64,000 bases of DNA from the human T2T-CHM13v2.0 reference genome, Homo sapiens. Shown in pieces: positions 1-13,500 of this stretch. Every line of letters begins with the position of its first letter. Position 1 is the first letter of the stretch. Location: the NCBI RefSeq assembly GCF_009914755.1, contig NC_060948.1; one strand, 5' to 3'. The position numbers were made by a program, and so were the translations under genes. The notes under the pieces are model-generated. The model was given only the letters and a program-made list of their open reading frames with translations. It was not told the DNA's origin and searched no databases.

Positions 1-1243
1 ACATGCAGCAGTAGTACTAGCAGCAAAGTGGCAGACAGCCAAAAAAGAATCCCACTCCATCCACTGAAGGGAATTGGCTCCTAAAGTCTTGACCCAACAT
101 CAGAGGATTCATGGCAAGAAATGGATCCAGTTGCCCCCACTTCACCAAGAAGGAAGGCCTCCTGAGCCCACTACACCTGAGCTTCCACAAGACCTACATA
201 ACCCTAGGCCACCCAGAGTAGAAAGGAAAGGATGTGAGACCTCAGGAGAAACTCCTCCCTTCATAGCCTGTTTGAGGTCTAGAATTGAAATACAAATGTG
301 CCTGAGAGAGCAGTGGTAGATGAGGATGGGCATATGGTGGAAAGGTGAGCCTTTGTGTACTTACCCTTCAGCTTTGCCAATCTCCTCAATTGGAAATACA
401 ATATCCCATCCTATACGAAAAATCATCAAGCTATAATTGATTTGCTCAAAACTATTATCCAGACCAACAACCCCACGTGGGCCGATTGCCCCCAGTTGCT
501 CATGTACCCTTTTAACACAGATTAAAGGAGGAGAGTGTTCCAAGCAGCAACTAAGTGGAAGGAAGAACATATTTCAGCTGATTACGAAAACACTCAAAAC
601 TATGTGAGGATCTAATTACCAGGAACAGACCCACAGTGGGACCCAAATGAAAAAGAGGGTATGCAAAGGTTAAACTTGTACAGGGCACCCCTTCTGGAAG
701 GGTTAAAGAAGGGAGCTCAGAAGGCCACAAATGTTTTACAAGAGACTATATGAGGCCTATTGTATGTTTACTCCCTTTGATCCCAATGGCCCTGATAATC
801 AGAACATGATTAACATGGATTTAGTTAGTTAAAGTACACAAGACATTAGAAGAAAATTGCAGAAACAGGCTGGGTTTGCAGACATACATACTTCACAGTT
901 ATTGGAGATAGTCAACCAGGTGTTTGTAAATAGAGATTCACTAAGATACAGAGAGAACTGCAGAGAGAGAGAGAGTGAATGCCAAGCCCAGTGAAATGCC
1001 AACCTGCTAGCTGCAGCTATTAGAGGGGTTCCCCCAAAGGGGCAAGAGAGGGGGCCACAGGAAAAATACCCAGTCTGGTCATCCAGGCTTGCAGCATAAC
1101 CAGTGTGCTTACTGTAAGGAAATAGGACATTGGAAGGACAAGTGCCCCAGTTGGAAGGAAAACAAGGTGACTCTGAGCAGGAGGCATCAGACAAGGATGA
1201 AGGAACCTCCTTCAATCTGGAAGTCCAGTTCAAACTGGACTGA
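1..1243 (+). pseudogene. gag: Retroviral gag remnant (capsid and nucleocapsid), frameshifted and with stops
   Basis: Capsid-like peptides (LLNWK ~382, QAATKW ~541, LPGTDPQWDPN ~616, DIRRKLQKQAGFA ~842). Zinc knuckle QCAYCKEIGHWKDKCP at 1101-1148 (ORF 1089..1271). Likely stop GACTGA at 1238-1243. Confidence 0.88.
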
Positions 1244-3645
1244 GGGAGACCAGGCTCATGTGCACTACTAACCACCTTGGTTGCCCTCTTATCCAAAAAG
1301 ACTATTGATATAACCGAAGCCACAGGGGTCTCAGCAAAGCAAGCTTTCTCTTTGCCCCAGACCTGCACTGTAGGGGGGCATGAAGTGATTCACCAGTTCC
1401 TGTACATGCTTGACTTCCTCTTGCCTTCGGTAGGAAAGGACCTACTTAACAAAATGAGAGCCACTGTCCCTTTACAAAGCACAGCTCCTTACAGATAAAG
1501 TTAACTGGAGTGTGAGTCATAATGACCATTACAGTTTTTCAGGAGCCAGGCCCAAAGATAGGACAAGCTCTGGCTAAGTGATGGCCAACGGTGTGGGTGG
1601 GAGACAGCCTTCCAAGGTTGGCAGTCAACTAAGCCCCCATACTCAGAGAAGTTAAGCCTGTGACAGCCAGTCAGGCAACATAAGTACCCAGTTCCCATAG
1701 AAGCTCTTGAAGGTACCCAGGTGCATCTCAAGGGCCTGGGGGCCTCTGAAATTAGACTCCCTTGTCAATCTCCAAGGAACACCCCCCTCCTGTCTGCTCT
1801 CCAGCCAGAGACCAAGGGCTACAGGCCGGTACAGGACTTGCACTTGGTCAACCAAGGTACAGTGACTTTGCCCACAATGGTACTTAACCCATACACATTG
1901 TTGGGAATTCTGTCAGCTGAGGACAGCTGAAGGATGCTTTCTTTAGCATCAGACTAGCCCCTTAGATCCAGAAATTGTTTGCCTTTCAGTGGGAGGATCT
2001 GGGGTCAGGTGTCATCACTCTGTACACTTGGACCTGTCTTCCCCAAGGGTTTAAGAACTCCCCCACCATCTTTAGGGAAGGCACTGGTTTGAGACCTCCA
2101 GAAGTTTTCCATCAGAGACCTAGACTGTGTGTTGCTCCAGTACATTGACGACCTCTTGTGGGGAAACCCCAAGGCAGTCAGGTGCATCAAGGGAATTGTT
2201 ACCCTTCTCTAACAACTGGAGGACTGTGGGTATAAGCTCTCCAAGAAAAAAGCTCAGATCTGCTGACTGCATTTACATTACCTGGGATTTACTATCTGGC
2301 AGGGGGAGCACAGCCTGTGATAAGAATGAAAGCAGGTCAACCTACAAGGAAAACAGTCATGAACTACAGAGAATACCAGTGAGCTTCCATCTTGATTGCC
2401 TTGAGGAACTCTGGAGCTGACTCAGAGGCTCAAAAAGCACTATCTACACCCTACCAGGCATCTGTCACAGCCCCTGCTCCCTCAGTCACCTGTACTTGAA
2501 TCTACTTATTCTAAAGAAGAGAAAGACTTTCCCCAAGCAGAGGGAGGGCCAGTGAGAGAAGAGGGATGCATCCAGTTATTGGACAGAAGAATAGCTGTGC
2601 CACAACTGCTAGGGGCTGCAGTCATACTGTCTGTGCATGAGACTACCCACTTAGACCAAGAGTCACTTGAAAAGTTGTTAGTCTGGTACTTCTATGTCTA
2701 GCATCTGTCGCTACCCACAGCACAATGCTAGGTAAGTTCCAAACTTCATACAACCTTCATACAACCTTATGGAGCAACCCCCGTTGAAGATCTCCAATTA
2801 GACTTCACGGGCATGTCCAAATGTGGAGGTAACAAGTATTTGCTAGTTCTAGTGTGTACATACTCTAGGTGAGTGGAGGTCTATCCAACATGAACTGAGA
2901 AAGCTTCTGAGGTAACCCATGTGCTTCTCCAAGATCTTGTCCCTAGGTTTGGACTATGCTTATGAATCAGCTTGGAGAATGGGCCAGTGTTTGTGGCTGA
3001 CTTGGTAAAAAAGATAGCAAAGGTGTTGGGGATCACATGGGACATACATACAATTTACCAACTGTAGAGCTCCAGAAAAGTGGAGCAGATAAATCGGACT
3101 ATCAAAATAGTTTAGGGAAGTGTGTCAAGAAACAAGGTTAAAGTGGGTACAAGCTCTCCCTATGGTATTGTTTAAGACTAGATGTACCCCTTCTAAAATT
3201 ACAGAATATTCCCCTTATAAAGAATTATATCATAGGTTCCTTCCCGTACAATGGGGACTCTCAGGCATTTCTCGAGAGCTAGGTGAAATTGACTTACAGT
3301 GACAGCTGAAGGCTTTAGGGAAAATTACACAAACAATTTCAGCCAGGGCAAATGAAAGCTGTCCTGTCAGCTTATTCTCTGCAGTTCATCCTTTCTCCTC
3401 AGGTGATCAGGTTTGGATCAAAGATTGTAATGTAGCACTCTTGCAGCCACAGGAGGAAAGAACCCTAGAGCATCATCTTGACCACTCCCACAGCTATAAA
3501 GATAGAGAAAATCCTATCCTGGATCCACCACAGCCACATAAAACCTACAGCACCTGAGACCTGGAAGGTGAGGCCAAGCCCAGACAACACCTGCAAGCTG
3601 ACATTGAAGATGACAAGTCCTGCTCCAGTCACACCCTGAAGCTGA
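1244..3645 (+). pseudogene. pol: Retroviral pro-pol remnant (protease, RT, partial RNase H, integrase), multiply deleted and frameshifted
   Basis: Protease C-terminal half in ORF 1277..1498. RT motifs PCQSPxNTPLL and YRPVQDL (ORF 1721..1930), KDAFF ~1931, LPQGFKNSP ~2039, LLQYIDDLL with YIDD at 2141-2152. IN motifs DLQLDF ~2789, KVE ~3077, WVQALPMVLF (ORF 3120..3302), WIHHSH ~3520. Confidence 0.9.
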
Positions 3646-3667
3646 CTGGTCCATGCATGGTTGAAGC

Positions 3668-4179
3668 ATGAGGAAACTCATCGTGAGACTCATTTTCCTT
3701 AAATTTTGGACTTGTACAGTAAGGACTTCAACTTGACCTTCTCAGACTGAAGACTGTTCAAGTTACTGAGGTAGGGCAAAGAGTTAAAAGAGTCTTTCTG
3801 TTTTTATGATTATTATGAATGTACTGGAACTTTAAAAGGGACTTGTTTGTATAATGCCACAAAACAGAAGGTATGCAGCACAGGAAATTACCAGCCTTAT
3901 GTGTGATAACCCATTAGAACTACTCGATCCCTAGTGGAAAACAGGAGAGTAAGTAATTCTAGGAATCAATGCAACTAGACTCTATCCCTGAGTAAATATT
4001 TTAATCTAATGAGAGGTCCACAGGCACTCTCCAAAGCTGGTGTTTACTCCACTGTTTAGCATATTTCTAGCAACTTAGTTCATCAAAAGACCACAGCACA
4101 AGTGTGTTACATGAATTGCTGGCGATCTGTCTCTCAGGAAGACCTGAATAGTGAAGATGAGAGTGAGAATTCCCACTAG
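3668..4179 (+). pseudogene. env: Retroviral env remnant with most of SU and TM deleted
   Basis: ATG at 3668 starts MRKLIVRLIFLKFWTCTVRTS, a signal-peptide-like N-terminus resembling HERV-E Env. Only ~0.5 kb separates it from the C-terminal SEDESENSH-TAG (stop 4177-4179); a full env is ~2 kb. Confidence 0.8.
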
Positions 4180-4193
4180 TGAGTGAGGTTCTC

Positions 4194-4204
4194 AAAGAGG
4201 GGAA
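4194..4204 (+). promoter_or_regulatory. Retroviral polypurine tract
   Basis: AAAGAGGGGAA lies immediately 5' of the LTR-initial TG at 4205. Confidence 0.85.
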
Positions 4205-4565
4205 TGAGGAGAGAGGCCATTTCTCTTACTGTCTCCTGTTCTTTGAAGAGAAGCAGGAAGTAAAAGCTGAAAAACAACAGGAATGAAATCAGTGGCAAGA
4301 TCAGCCAGTGCTATTGATGACCAGGTCTGTCACTAAAATATCAGCCCAATACTCTAACCACACGTGCTATCTATAGATCTCAACCTGTCATTAAACTTTC
4401 ATGTGGAACCCCTTAGAGTTGTAAGCCTTTACAAAGGCCAGAAACTCTTTCTTCCGTGAACGTAGTTCTTGAAACATGCATCTGCCAATGCTCCCAGCTG
4501 AATAAAGCCATTTACTTCTTTAATCTGGTGTCTGACGGATTTTCTCTGCAGCTCATCCTGCTACA
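4205..4565 (+). mobile_element. 3' LTR of the provirus (LTR2-family-like, 361 bp)
   Basis: Starts TGAGGA after the PPT and ends CCTGCTACA. AATAAA at 4501-4506. Satellite sequence resumes directly at 4566. Confidence 0.85.
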
Positions 4566-7500
4566 AAGAGAATGTGAGGTCAGATTTGCTGGAAGCTTCT
4601 GTGTCATCTGTCTTCATTTATTTTGTTTTTGCAGCTGAAGTTGCGGGACCCCATCCACCCCTCATCAGAATGTATTCTCACCCAATCTGATCTTATTGCT
4701 GCTCAAACTCTATGTATCAAGATGAAATCCCAAGATGATGAAGGATTGCCCCCTCATGATATGAAGCACCTGCTCAGCTGGGAAGTGAATTCAAGGTAAA
4801 TACAAGGGGGCATGCATTTAGGACTGCTAGTATCTCTCCATGTTTTGGTGCAGGAAAAAGAAACACTGGGAGATGTCTGTTTTTTTTGTTTTGTTGTGCT
4901 CCTCTTTTCTCTAGAAAAGTTGCTTTTTTTGAAGGTAAAAGTGACTTGGATGCTTGTGGGTAATGGCATGCCTCCCAAATCACCGCAGATTCATCATCAA
5001 CAGAAAAATAAAGAACATGGAGCCCTGCATCCCAAGGAGAGCCACACAGACAGGACAACAAAAGGTTTTGAGACTTAATATAAAAGAATCGCTTGAGTGA
5101 ATTAACCACATTTCTTTCGGCGGATTCTACTTACATTCACAGCAAACACACACAAACAATGCCACATACACACACACAGACCTCCATCATTCAAGGCACT
5201 TCCAGAGAGACACACAATATGGAAGCTCAGGAGGCTGCTTAGTTATGTAGGAGGCCCCACATGGGACAGAGCAACCCTGAGAAATACAGTGGGCCTGTAC
5301 CTAGAAATCACGGTGGGCAAGTTAAAAAAGATTCAAACCTACATTATCTAGGAATGAATGAGGAATCCTGTAGATCTTTTTGGATACCTAGGGATTTCAC
5401 AATTTATTACTAGGGCTCTGATTGATATTTCTTCAGAGTGGCCAACATTTGCCCTCTCCAAGAATCATGGGACTATCCTGTGGATCCCACTGAGAAGACA
5501 GGTGAGAGTCCACCACAGACACACTTCCACAGTGGTCTCCTTCTTTGCCAAGCTGAAGGGACTTGTTGCTAGGCAATGATGACATTAATTGTGATGCTAT
5601 CCAGAGCTCACAGTCAGGCCAAGTGCCCTGAGATTAGTGTGTGTGCATTTGTGTGGCAGACTTAGGCACCTGTCTGTCAGAACTGTAAGCCTGCCTAAGC
5701 AGAGAAAAATGGTACAGTCAGAGCCAGCCTGGTATTTGGGTAAAGGCTGCCTGCAAAAATGCACTGCAGGACCCAAAACTTCTCAACCTCAGAGCCCCTT
5801 CAGGCTGTCTCCATGGCCAGGTGGTGCAGGAGGAAGAGGCATTTTGAGCCTGAGAGGAGGTTGCTGGAAACTGCTCATCTGACTCCATTCCTGAAAGAGG
5901 CTGTGTAGAAGAATCCACTCCCATGAAGATTGGAATCTAGTCAGGTGTATTACTGAAGGTTCTTTGGGTGATAGAATCATACCTGATACCCCAGATGCTG
6001 ATGTCAGTGAAAAATGGCCAGACTCTTGACCTCACTGCCTCCTTGCATCCAGGGCCTCGCAGAGGCTCTTTCGGGAAGGCAGGAACCATGACAAAAGCAT
6101 ATCAAAGGCTGCGTGTGATAATGGCAAGCCTGGAAAGGGAGTCCAGTTGTGCTGTTGAGAGGCACTGTGTAATCCCCAGGAAAACAAAGAAAAATCAAGG
6201 CTCACCTGAGAGAATGATCTGCCTTGTTCTTAAGTCCAAGAAACGTTCAATGATTCCTATCAGAGGAACAAAAACCCCTTGCAAATTGCAAACAACCTCA
6301 ATCTCTCAACGTGTCAAAGACCCACAACCTGTAAGGCAGCCAGCCTACCTGAAGTCCCTTTTGCTCTCTGAAATCCCTGGCAGCTACATAATCTGTGGTG
6401 AGAGGCAGTCCCATCCAGCAACAACTCAATGAAAGAGCCCCTCCACAATGAGAGGACCATGAAGATGAATGAAACAGAGGCTAGATTACCTGATAAAAGC
6501 TAGAAACAGCTGCCTGCTTCTCATCCTAAAGGAATCATGCCACCCTCCAATAGAAGTGGAAGAACAAGTTTATTTGTTGATGGCTCTAATGGAAAGTTAT
6601 GGTTGTAAATATATCAAAGCTTCCCAGTCATTAAAACGTGATAGTGTTTACAAAAAAACACTCACACAATAGATTCCCATGAGGGTCGTTCTCCATGAAC
6701 TGGGAAATGTTTATTGTGGAAGTTGCTGAGCCAGATCCAGGAAACCCTATGTCGATGAGGAACATGGAAGTCAGGAAAAGAACAGGCAAGTGTAGAGGCC
6801 ACACCCAACCTAGCATCAGTCTTTTCCACTCATTTTTGGCTCCGAGTATGAAAGCCCTCAATTTGGGATTTTGCCAGGATAGCCTCAGTTTGCCCTCCAA
6901 ATATTCCTGGCACATTGGAGTACTCCCATGTGAGAACAGGGCCAAGATATAAACTGCTTGTGCGATTCAGGCAATGTGGGGATGGAGTTGGAAGAAACTT
7001 CTTTGTTGTTTGTCCTTACTTTTTTTTCAGATAATGTTGTGAGGCCCCGTTTACCCCTCAAGAGATTCTATTATCACCTGTGTCTGACATTATTGCAGCT
7101 CACACTCAATGTCCCTGGATGAAATCCCAAGACAATGGAGGGGTACTGCCTTAAGACATGAAGACCCTGCTCGGCTGGGACCTGAATTCAAGGTAAATTC
7201 AAGGGCCCTTCATACAAGACTGCAAGTTTTCTTCCCTCAGTAGTCCACAGAACAATGAAATGTTGGGAGATGTCTGTTATTTTGGTGTGGTATGCTCCTC
7301 TTCTTCCTAGAAGAGTGGCTTTTTTTTGCAGCGGCAGGTGATTTGGACGCTTGTGGTTTCGGCATGCCTCCAAATTCACTGCAGGTTAATGATCCACAGA
7401 AAAATAAAGAACATGGGGTCCCAAAGCCTAAGCAAACCCACACAGAGAGGCCATCAGAAGTTTTGGATATACGAAAAAAAAAAAAGGCTGAAGTGTGTTA

Positions 7501-10500
7501 GACACATTTCTTTAAGGAGACTCCACTTACAGGCACACACAGAAACACACACACACACACACACAATGCCACACACACAGGCAAACATCCAACACTCACA
7601 ACACTCCCACAGAAACACACAGATCGGCAGCTCCTGAGGCTGCCTGGTCCTGCAGAAAGCCCTACCGTGGGGAGAACAACCCCGGGGAACACAGGCGGGC
7701 TATACCTAGAAATCACAGTGGGGCAAGTTTTAAAAAGACTCAACCCTACAACCTCTAAGCAGGCCTTAGGAATCCTGTAGATTGTTTTGGATCCTTAGGG
7801 ATTTTGCGGTTTATTCATGAATCTGTGCTTCACGTTTCTTCAGGCTGGCTCACATCTGCCCTATCCTGGAATCATGAGAGTATGTCGTAGATCCCTCAGA
7901 GAAGACAAGCGAGAATTCACCACCGACTCACCTCCACGGATGTCTTCTCTGCCAAGCCGCCTGGACTTGTCACTAGGCAATGATGACATTCATTATGATG
8001 GTGGTCAGAGCTCACCATCAGGCCTGGTGCCCTGAGGCTGGCACAAATGCATCCATCATGCAGGCTCAGGTGCCTGGATTTCAGAACTCTCATCCTGCCT
8101 AAGCAGAAAAATATATGGTACAGGCAGAGCTGGTCTGGTTTTGGGAAAAAAAGGCTTTCTGTGAAAACCCTCTGCGGGGCTCTAAAATTGCCTACCTCAA
8201 GACCCTTTTGTGTCATGTCTGTGGTCGGGTTCCGCTGAAGAAGGAGGCATTTGGAGGCTGTGAGTTGGTCACTGATCTTCTGACTCCATTCCTGAAAGAG
8301 GCAGTGTGCAAGAAATAGGTCCCATGGGGATTGGAATACTGTCTGGTATTGTTTAGGGCTCTTTGGGAGATAGAATCATACCTGAGACCCAGAGGCTGAC
8401 ATCAGCAAACAATGGCTGGGCTCTTGACCTCACTGCCTCTCTTCCTCCTGGGCCTTGCAGTGGCCCTCTGGGAAAGGCAGGAGCCATGACAATAGCAAGA
8501 GCAAGTTGGAACAGTGTTTTCACACCACAGACTCGCCTCTCACAGGTGTATATCAGGTTCAGACAGTGTCTCAGAGGACGTCTTTTGCGATGACATGCTT
8601 GAAAACAGTGTCCAGTATTGCCAATGAGGGTCACTGTGGATTGCCTGTGAAGGTAAAGAAAAATTATGGCTCACCTGAGAGAATGAGCTGCCTTTGCTGG
8701 ATTCCCGGCAACGTTCAATGATCCTGATTAGATTACCCAAAAGCCTCTTGCAAATTGCAAATAACCTCAGCCCTTACAATGAGATAATGACTTTTAACCT
8801 GGGGAACAGCCAGCCTAATTGAAGTTTCCTTTGTTCTGAAATCCCTGGCACCTAAATAGTCTTTGGTGAGAGGCAGTTCCATCTAGCAAAAGCCCAATGA
8901 AAGAGGTCCTCCACAACGCAAAGGCCACACAGATGAAAAGAAACAGAGGATAAATTACCCTGCAAAAGCCAAACACAGCACTGTTTTAGACATATCAAAG
9001 CTGTCCAGGAATTAAAACGTGACAGTGTTTAGAAGAAAACACTTACACAATGGCTACCCATGAGGGTCGTTCTCCATGAACTAGGAAATGTTTAGTGTGA
9101 AAGTCATTGAGCCAGGCTCAGAAAAGCCTAGACTGATGAGGAAAATAGAAGTCAGAAAAAGATGAGGCAAGTGTAGAGACCACATCTTACCCAGTATCAA
9201 TCCACTCCACTACCCTCTGCTACCAGGTATAAAAGCCCTCATATCAGAGGATGGCCCCAATATGCAACTCAAATGATTCTTGCACGTTGGAGTATTCCCA
9301 CCTCAACTCTGGGCCATGGTGTGGACTGCTTGTGCAATTAAGGGAATGTGGGAATGGGGTTGGAAGTGTCTTCTCTGTCATCTGTCCTCATTTCTTTTTT
9401 TGCAAGTGAAGCTGCAAGACCTCATCCACCACTCAGGATATTGTATCCTCACCCCTATCTGTCCTCATTGCTCCTCACATTCTATGTCCCAGGATGGAAT
9501 CCCAAGGCGATGGAGGAATACCACCTCATGATGTGAAGCACCTGCTCTGCTGGGGATAGAATTCGAGTTAAATTCAAGAGCCCCTGTGGAGAGGACTGCT
9601 ACTGTCTCTCCCTGGCTTGGCTGAAGGACAATGAAACACTGGGATATGTTTGTTATTTTGTGTGTTGTGCTCCTTTTCTTCCTAGGAGAGTGGCTTCTTT
9701 TGCAGGGAGAGGTGACTAGGACGTCGGCGGGTCTTGGCACACCCCTCCTTTCACTTCAGATTCATGATTCATGGTAAAATAAGAATGTGCCCCACAACCC
9801 AAGCACAGCCAAACAGTCAGGCCACCAAAAGGTTGGGAGATTCAAAAAAACAAAATGGAGAGCCGAAGTGCTTTAGCCATATTTCTTTAAGTGCACTCTA
9901 CTTGCAGGCACACACACACAAACACACAACACACAATGCCACATACACAGGCAGATATCCAACACTCACAACACTCCACAGAAACAAATAGGCCTGCAGT
10001 TCCTGAGGTTTTGTGGTTCTGCAGAAAGCCCCAACTGGGAAAGAGCAACCCCAGGAAGAACAGGAGGGATGTATCTAGAAATCACAGTGGGACAAGTTTC
10101 AAGAAGACTCACCATGACAATGTCTAGGCAGCCTGAGGAATCCTGCAGATTATTTTGGACCCTTAGAAATTTCACATTTTATTCCTGAGGCTGTGCTTGA
10201 TGTTTCTTCAGGTTGTCTCATGTCTGCCCTCCCCTAGAATCATGGAACTATCTTATGGATCTCATAAAGAAGATGGACAAAAGCCCACCACCAACCCACC
10301 TCCATGGTGTTCTTCTTCACCAAGACCAACGGACTTGTCTCTAGGCAACGATGACATTCATTGTGATGCTAGACACAGCTCAGAATCAGGCCTGGGGCCC
10401 TGAGAATATGCATGCCAATTCATGAAGAAGTCAGGGTACCTGACTATCAGAGCTGTCAGCCTGTCTAAGCAGAGGAAAATGGTACAGGCAGAGCTGGCCT

Positions 10501-13500
10501 GTTATCAGAAAAAAGCTGTCGGTCAAAACCCATCCCGGGATCCTAAAATTTTTTACCTCAGGGCGCCTTTGTGCCTTCTCAGTGGTGAGGTCTTACTGGA
10601 GGAGGAGGCATTTCAAGACTGACAAAGTCACTGAAAACTGCTTTTCTGACTCCATTCCTGAAAGAGGGTGTATGAAAGAATTTCCCATGGAAATTGGATT
10701 AAGGCTGGAGTGTTGTTTAGAATTCTCTGGGTGATAGAATCATATCTGAGACCCCAGAGGTGGGTGTCAGAGAAAGATGGTCGGACTCTTGACCTCACTG
10801 CCTCCCTTCATGCTGAGACTCACAGGGTTTCTCTGGGAAAGGCAGGAACCACGACAAAGGCACATCCTGGGTGGAGCAGTGTTCTCACACCTTGAACTGG
10901 CCTCTCAAGGATGCATATGGAGTTGAGGCAGAACCTCAGTGGCCATCTGTGGCCATTGCAAGCCTGAAAGGGATGTCCAGTAGTGCTGTTGAAGGGCAAT
11001 TTTGACCCCCAATAAAAGTAAAGAAAAATCAAGGCTCACCTGAAAGAAGAAGGTAAATTGTGCTGGAGTGCAAGTAATATTCAAAGACTACTGTCAGAAT
11101 ACACAAAATCTTCCTTCAAAGTGCAAACTACCCTAGCTTCCACAATGAGATCATGAATGACAAAAGTGCAGCAAGCCTACTCAAAGTCCCTTTCTCACCT
11201 GGAAATCCCTGGCAGCCAAAAGATCTGTGGTAAGAGGCAGTCCCATCCAGCCACTATCCAGTGAAAGACTCCCTCCACAATAAGAAAGGACTTCCAGATG
11301 AAATGGAACAGAGCCCAGAATGACAGTCAAAAGCCGGACACAACTGTCTTCTTCTCATCCTACAGGAATTCTGCAGCCCTCCAATAGAGGTAGGAGAATA
11401 AGTGTTTCCATGATGGCAGCTGTAACTGGAATTAACAGTTTCAAATGTATCACAGCTGCCAGGAAATTAAAACATGACAGTGTTAAGATGAAACACTCAT
11501 GCAATGGATTCCCATGAGAGTGTCCTCCATTAAGTGTGAAATGTTTAGTGTGGAAGACGTTGATCCAGACCCACGGACCCTAGGCCGACGAGGGACATGG
11601 AAGTCAGGAAAGAAAGAGGCAAGTGTGGAGGCCACCTCCCACCCAGCATCAATCCACCCCACTCCCATTTGGTTCCTGGTATGAAAGATCTCAGATTGGA
11701 AGTTTGCAAGATGGCCCCAGTTTATACTCCAAATGTTCCCTGCATGTTGGAGTACTCCCACCTGAACATGGAGCTGCTGTGTAGACCACTTGTACAACTA
11801 AGGCAAGGCAGGGATGCAGTTGGAAACACCATCTGTGTCATCTGTCATCACCTTTTTTGCAGGTTAATGTGTGGGACCCCAGCAACCCTCAACTGATTGT
11901 ATTCTCACCCCTATCTGACCTTATTGCTGCTCACACTCTGTCCCAGAATAAAATCCCAAGATAATGAAGAAGTGCCCCCTCATGACATGAAGCACTGCTC
12001 ACCTGGGAACTGAATTAAAGATAAATTCAGGAAGCCCTGTGGACAGAACTACTAGTGTCTCTCCCTGGTTTGGCTGTACGACAATGAAACAGTGGGAAAT
12101 GTCTGTTTTTTTGTGTGGTGTGCTCCTCTTCTTTCTAGAAGAGCAGCTTTTTTCAGCGGGAGGTGATTGGGATGCCAGCGGGTAATGGCCCACCACCCAG
12201 TTCACTGCGGATTCATGATCCACAAAAAAATAAAGAACACAGAGCCCCGTAGCCCAAGCAGAGTCACAGGCCACCAAAAGGTTGGGAGACTCAAAAGCAA
12301 GAATCGCTGAAGTGCGTCATCCATATTCCTTTAAGCAGACACCACTTACAGGTGCGTGTACACACACATACACATACATACACAAAGACACACACATATG
12401 CAGATATCCAACACTCACAACACTTTCAGAGAGTACACAGCACAGCACTTTCTTGGGTTGTGTTGTTCTGCAGGAAGCTCCACCTGGGAGGGAGCAATAC
12501 CAGGGAACACAGTAGGGCTGTATCTGGAAATCGCAGTGGGTCAAGTTTCAAAAAGATTCACCCCTACAATGTCTAGGCAGGTCTGAGGCATCTTGCAAAT
12601 CATTTTGGATTCTTAGTGATTTCCCGGTTTATTTCTAGGGCTCTGCTTGACGTTTCTTCAGGGTCTCTCATGTCTGCCCTCTCCTAGGATTGTGGGACCA
12701 ACCCAGATATCCCACAGAATAAGTAGGTGAGAGTCCACAGCCGACGCAACTCTACAAAGGTCTTTTTCTCTGCCAAGCCACAGGGACTTGTCGCTAGACA
12801 ATGGTAGCATTCATTGTGAGTCAAGCAGCGCTCACAGCTCAGGCCTGGTGTTTTGAGACTAGTGCATGGGCATTCCTGAGGCTGATTCAGGCTGTCCTGC
12901 TGTCAGAGCTGTCAGCTTGCCTAAACAGGGGAAACTGGTACAGGCAAAGCCGGCATGGTAACAGGAAAATTGCTGCCTGTGATAACCCACTGTGGGACCC
13001 TAGAAGTCATGAACTTATGGCCTCTTAGGGCTGTCTCTGTAGTCGGATATCACTGGAGAAGGAGGCATTTTGAGATTGTGTGGTGGTCATTGGAAACTGC
13101 TTGTCTAACTCAATTTTCAAAAGGGGCTGTGTGAAAACTCAGGTCCATTGGGATTAGAATGTAGTCTGTTGAGTTGTTGAGGGGTCTTTGGATGATAAAA
13201 TCAAAGCTGAGACACCAGAGGCAGGTGTCAGTGAAAGAAGGCCATACCCTTGACTTCACTTCCTCTCTTCATCCTGGATTTCACAGGGGCTCTCTAGAAA
13301 TAGCAGCATCCATGAAAAAAGCAAGTCCAAGGTAGAGCAGTCTTCTCACACCTCAAACTGGTCTCTCATGCATGCAGAAAAGGTTGAGACAGTGTTGCAG
13401 AGGACTTCTGTCATGATTACAAGCCTGAAAAATGTGTCCAGTAATGTTGTGGTACTGTAATGTTGACCAGTCATGAAAGCAAAGAAAAATCAAGGCTCAC

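Larger units (their letters stand above)
1..4565 (+). mobile_element. Defective endogenous retrovirus, class I/ERV1, HERV-E-like; 5' end lies upstream of the window
   Basis: Colinear gag (CCHC knuckle), pro, RT (LPQG, YIDD), IN and env remnants, followed by a polypurine tract and a TG...CA LTR. The family call rests on recalled similarity of the Gag capsid and Env N-terminus to HERV-E (4-1); no database search was run. Confidence 0.9.

Noticed and set aside
829-1368. 179-aa antisense ORF over gag/pro
   Set aside because: Non-ATG start and no motif; antisense open frames are common opposite decayed coding sequence.
2744-2765. 11-bp tandem duplication CTTCATACAAC in integrase
   Set aside because: Real but trivial slippage or repair scar in an already dead gene.
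1-4565. Intact or domesticated ERV gene (e.g. syncytin-like env)
   Set aside because: All frames are disrupted and env is reduced to ~0.5 kb.
5968-6432. 154-aa ORF as a novel gene
   Set aside because: It spans a ~75-bp deletion junction at ~6100 in one monomer and is not preserved in other copies.
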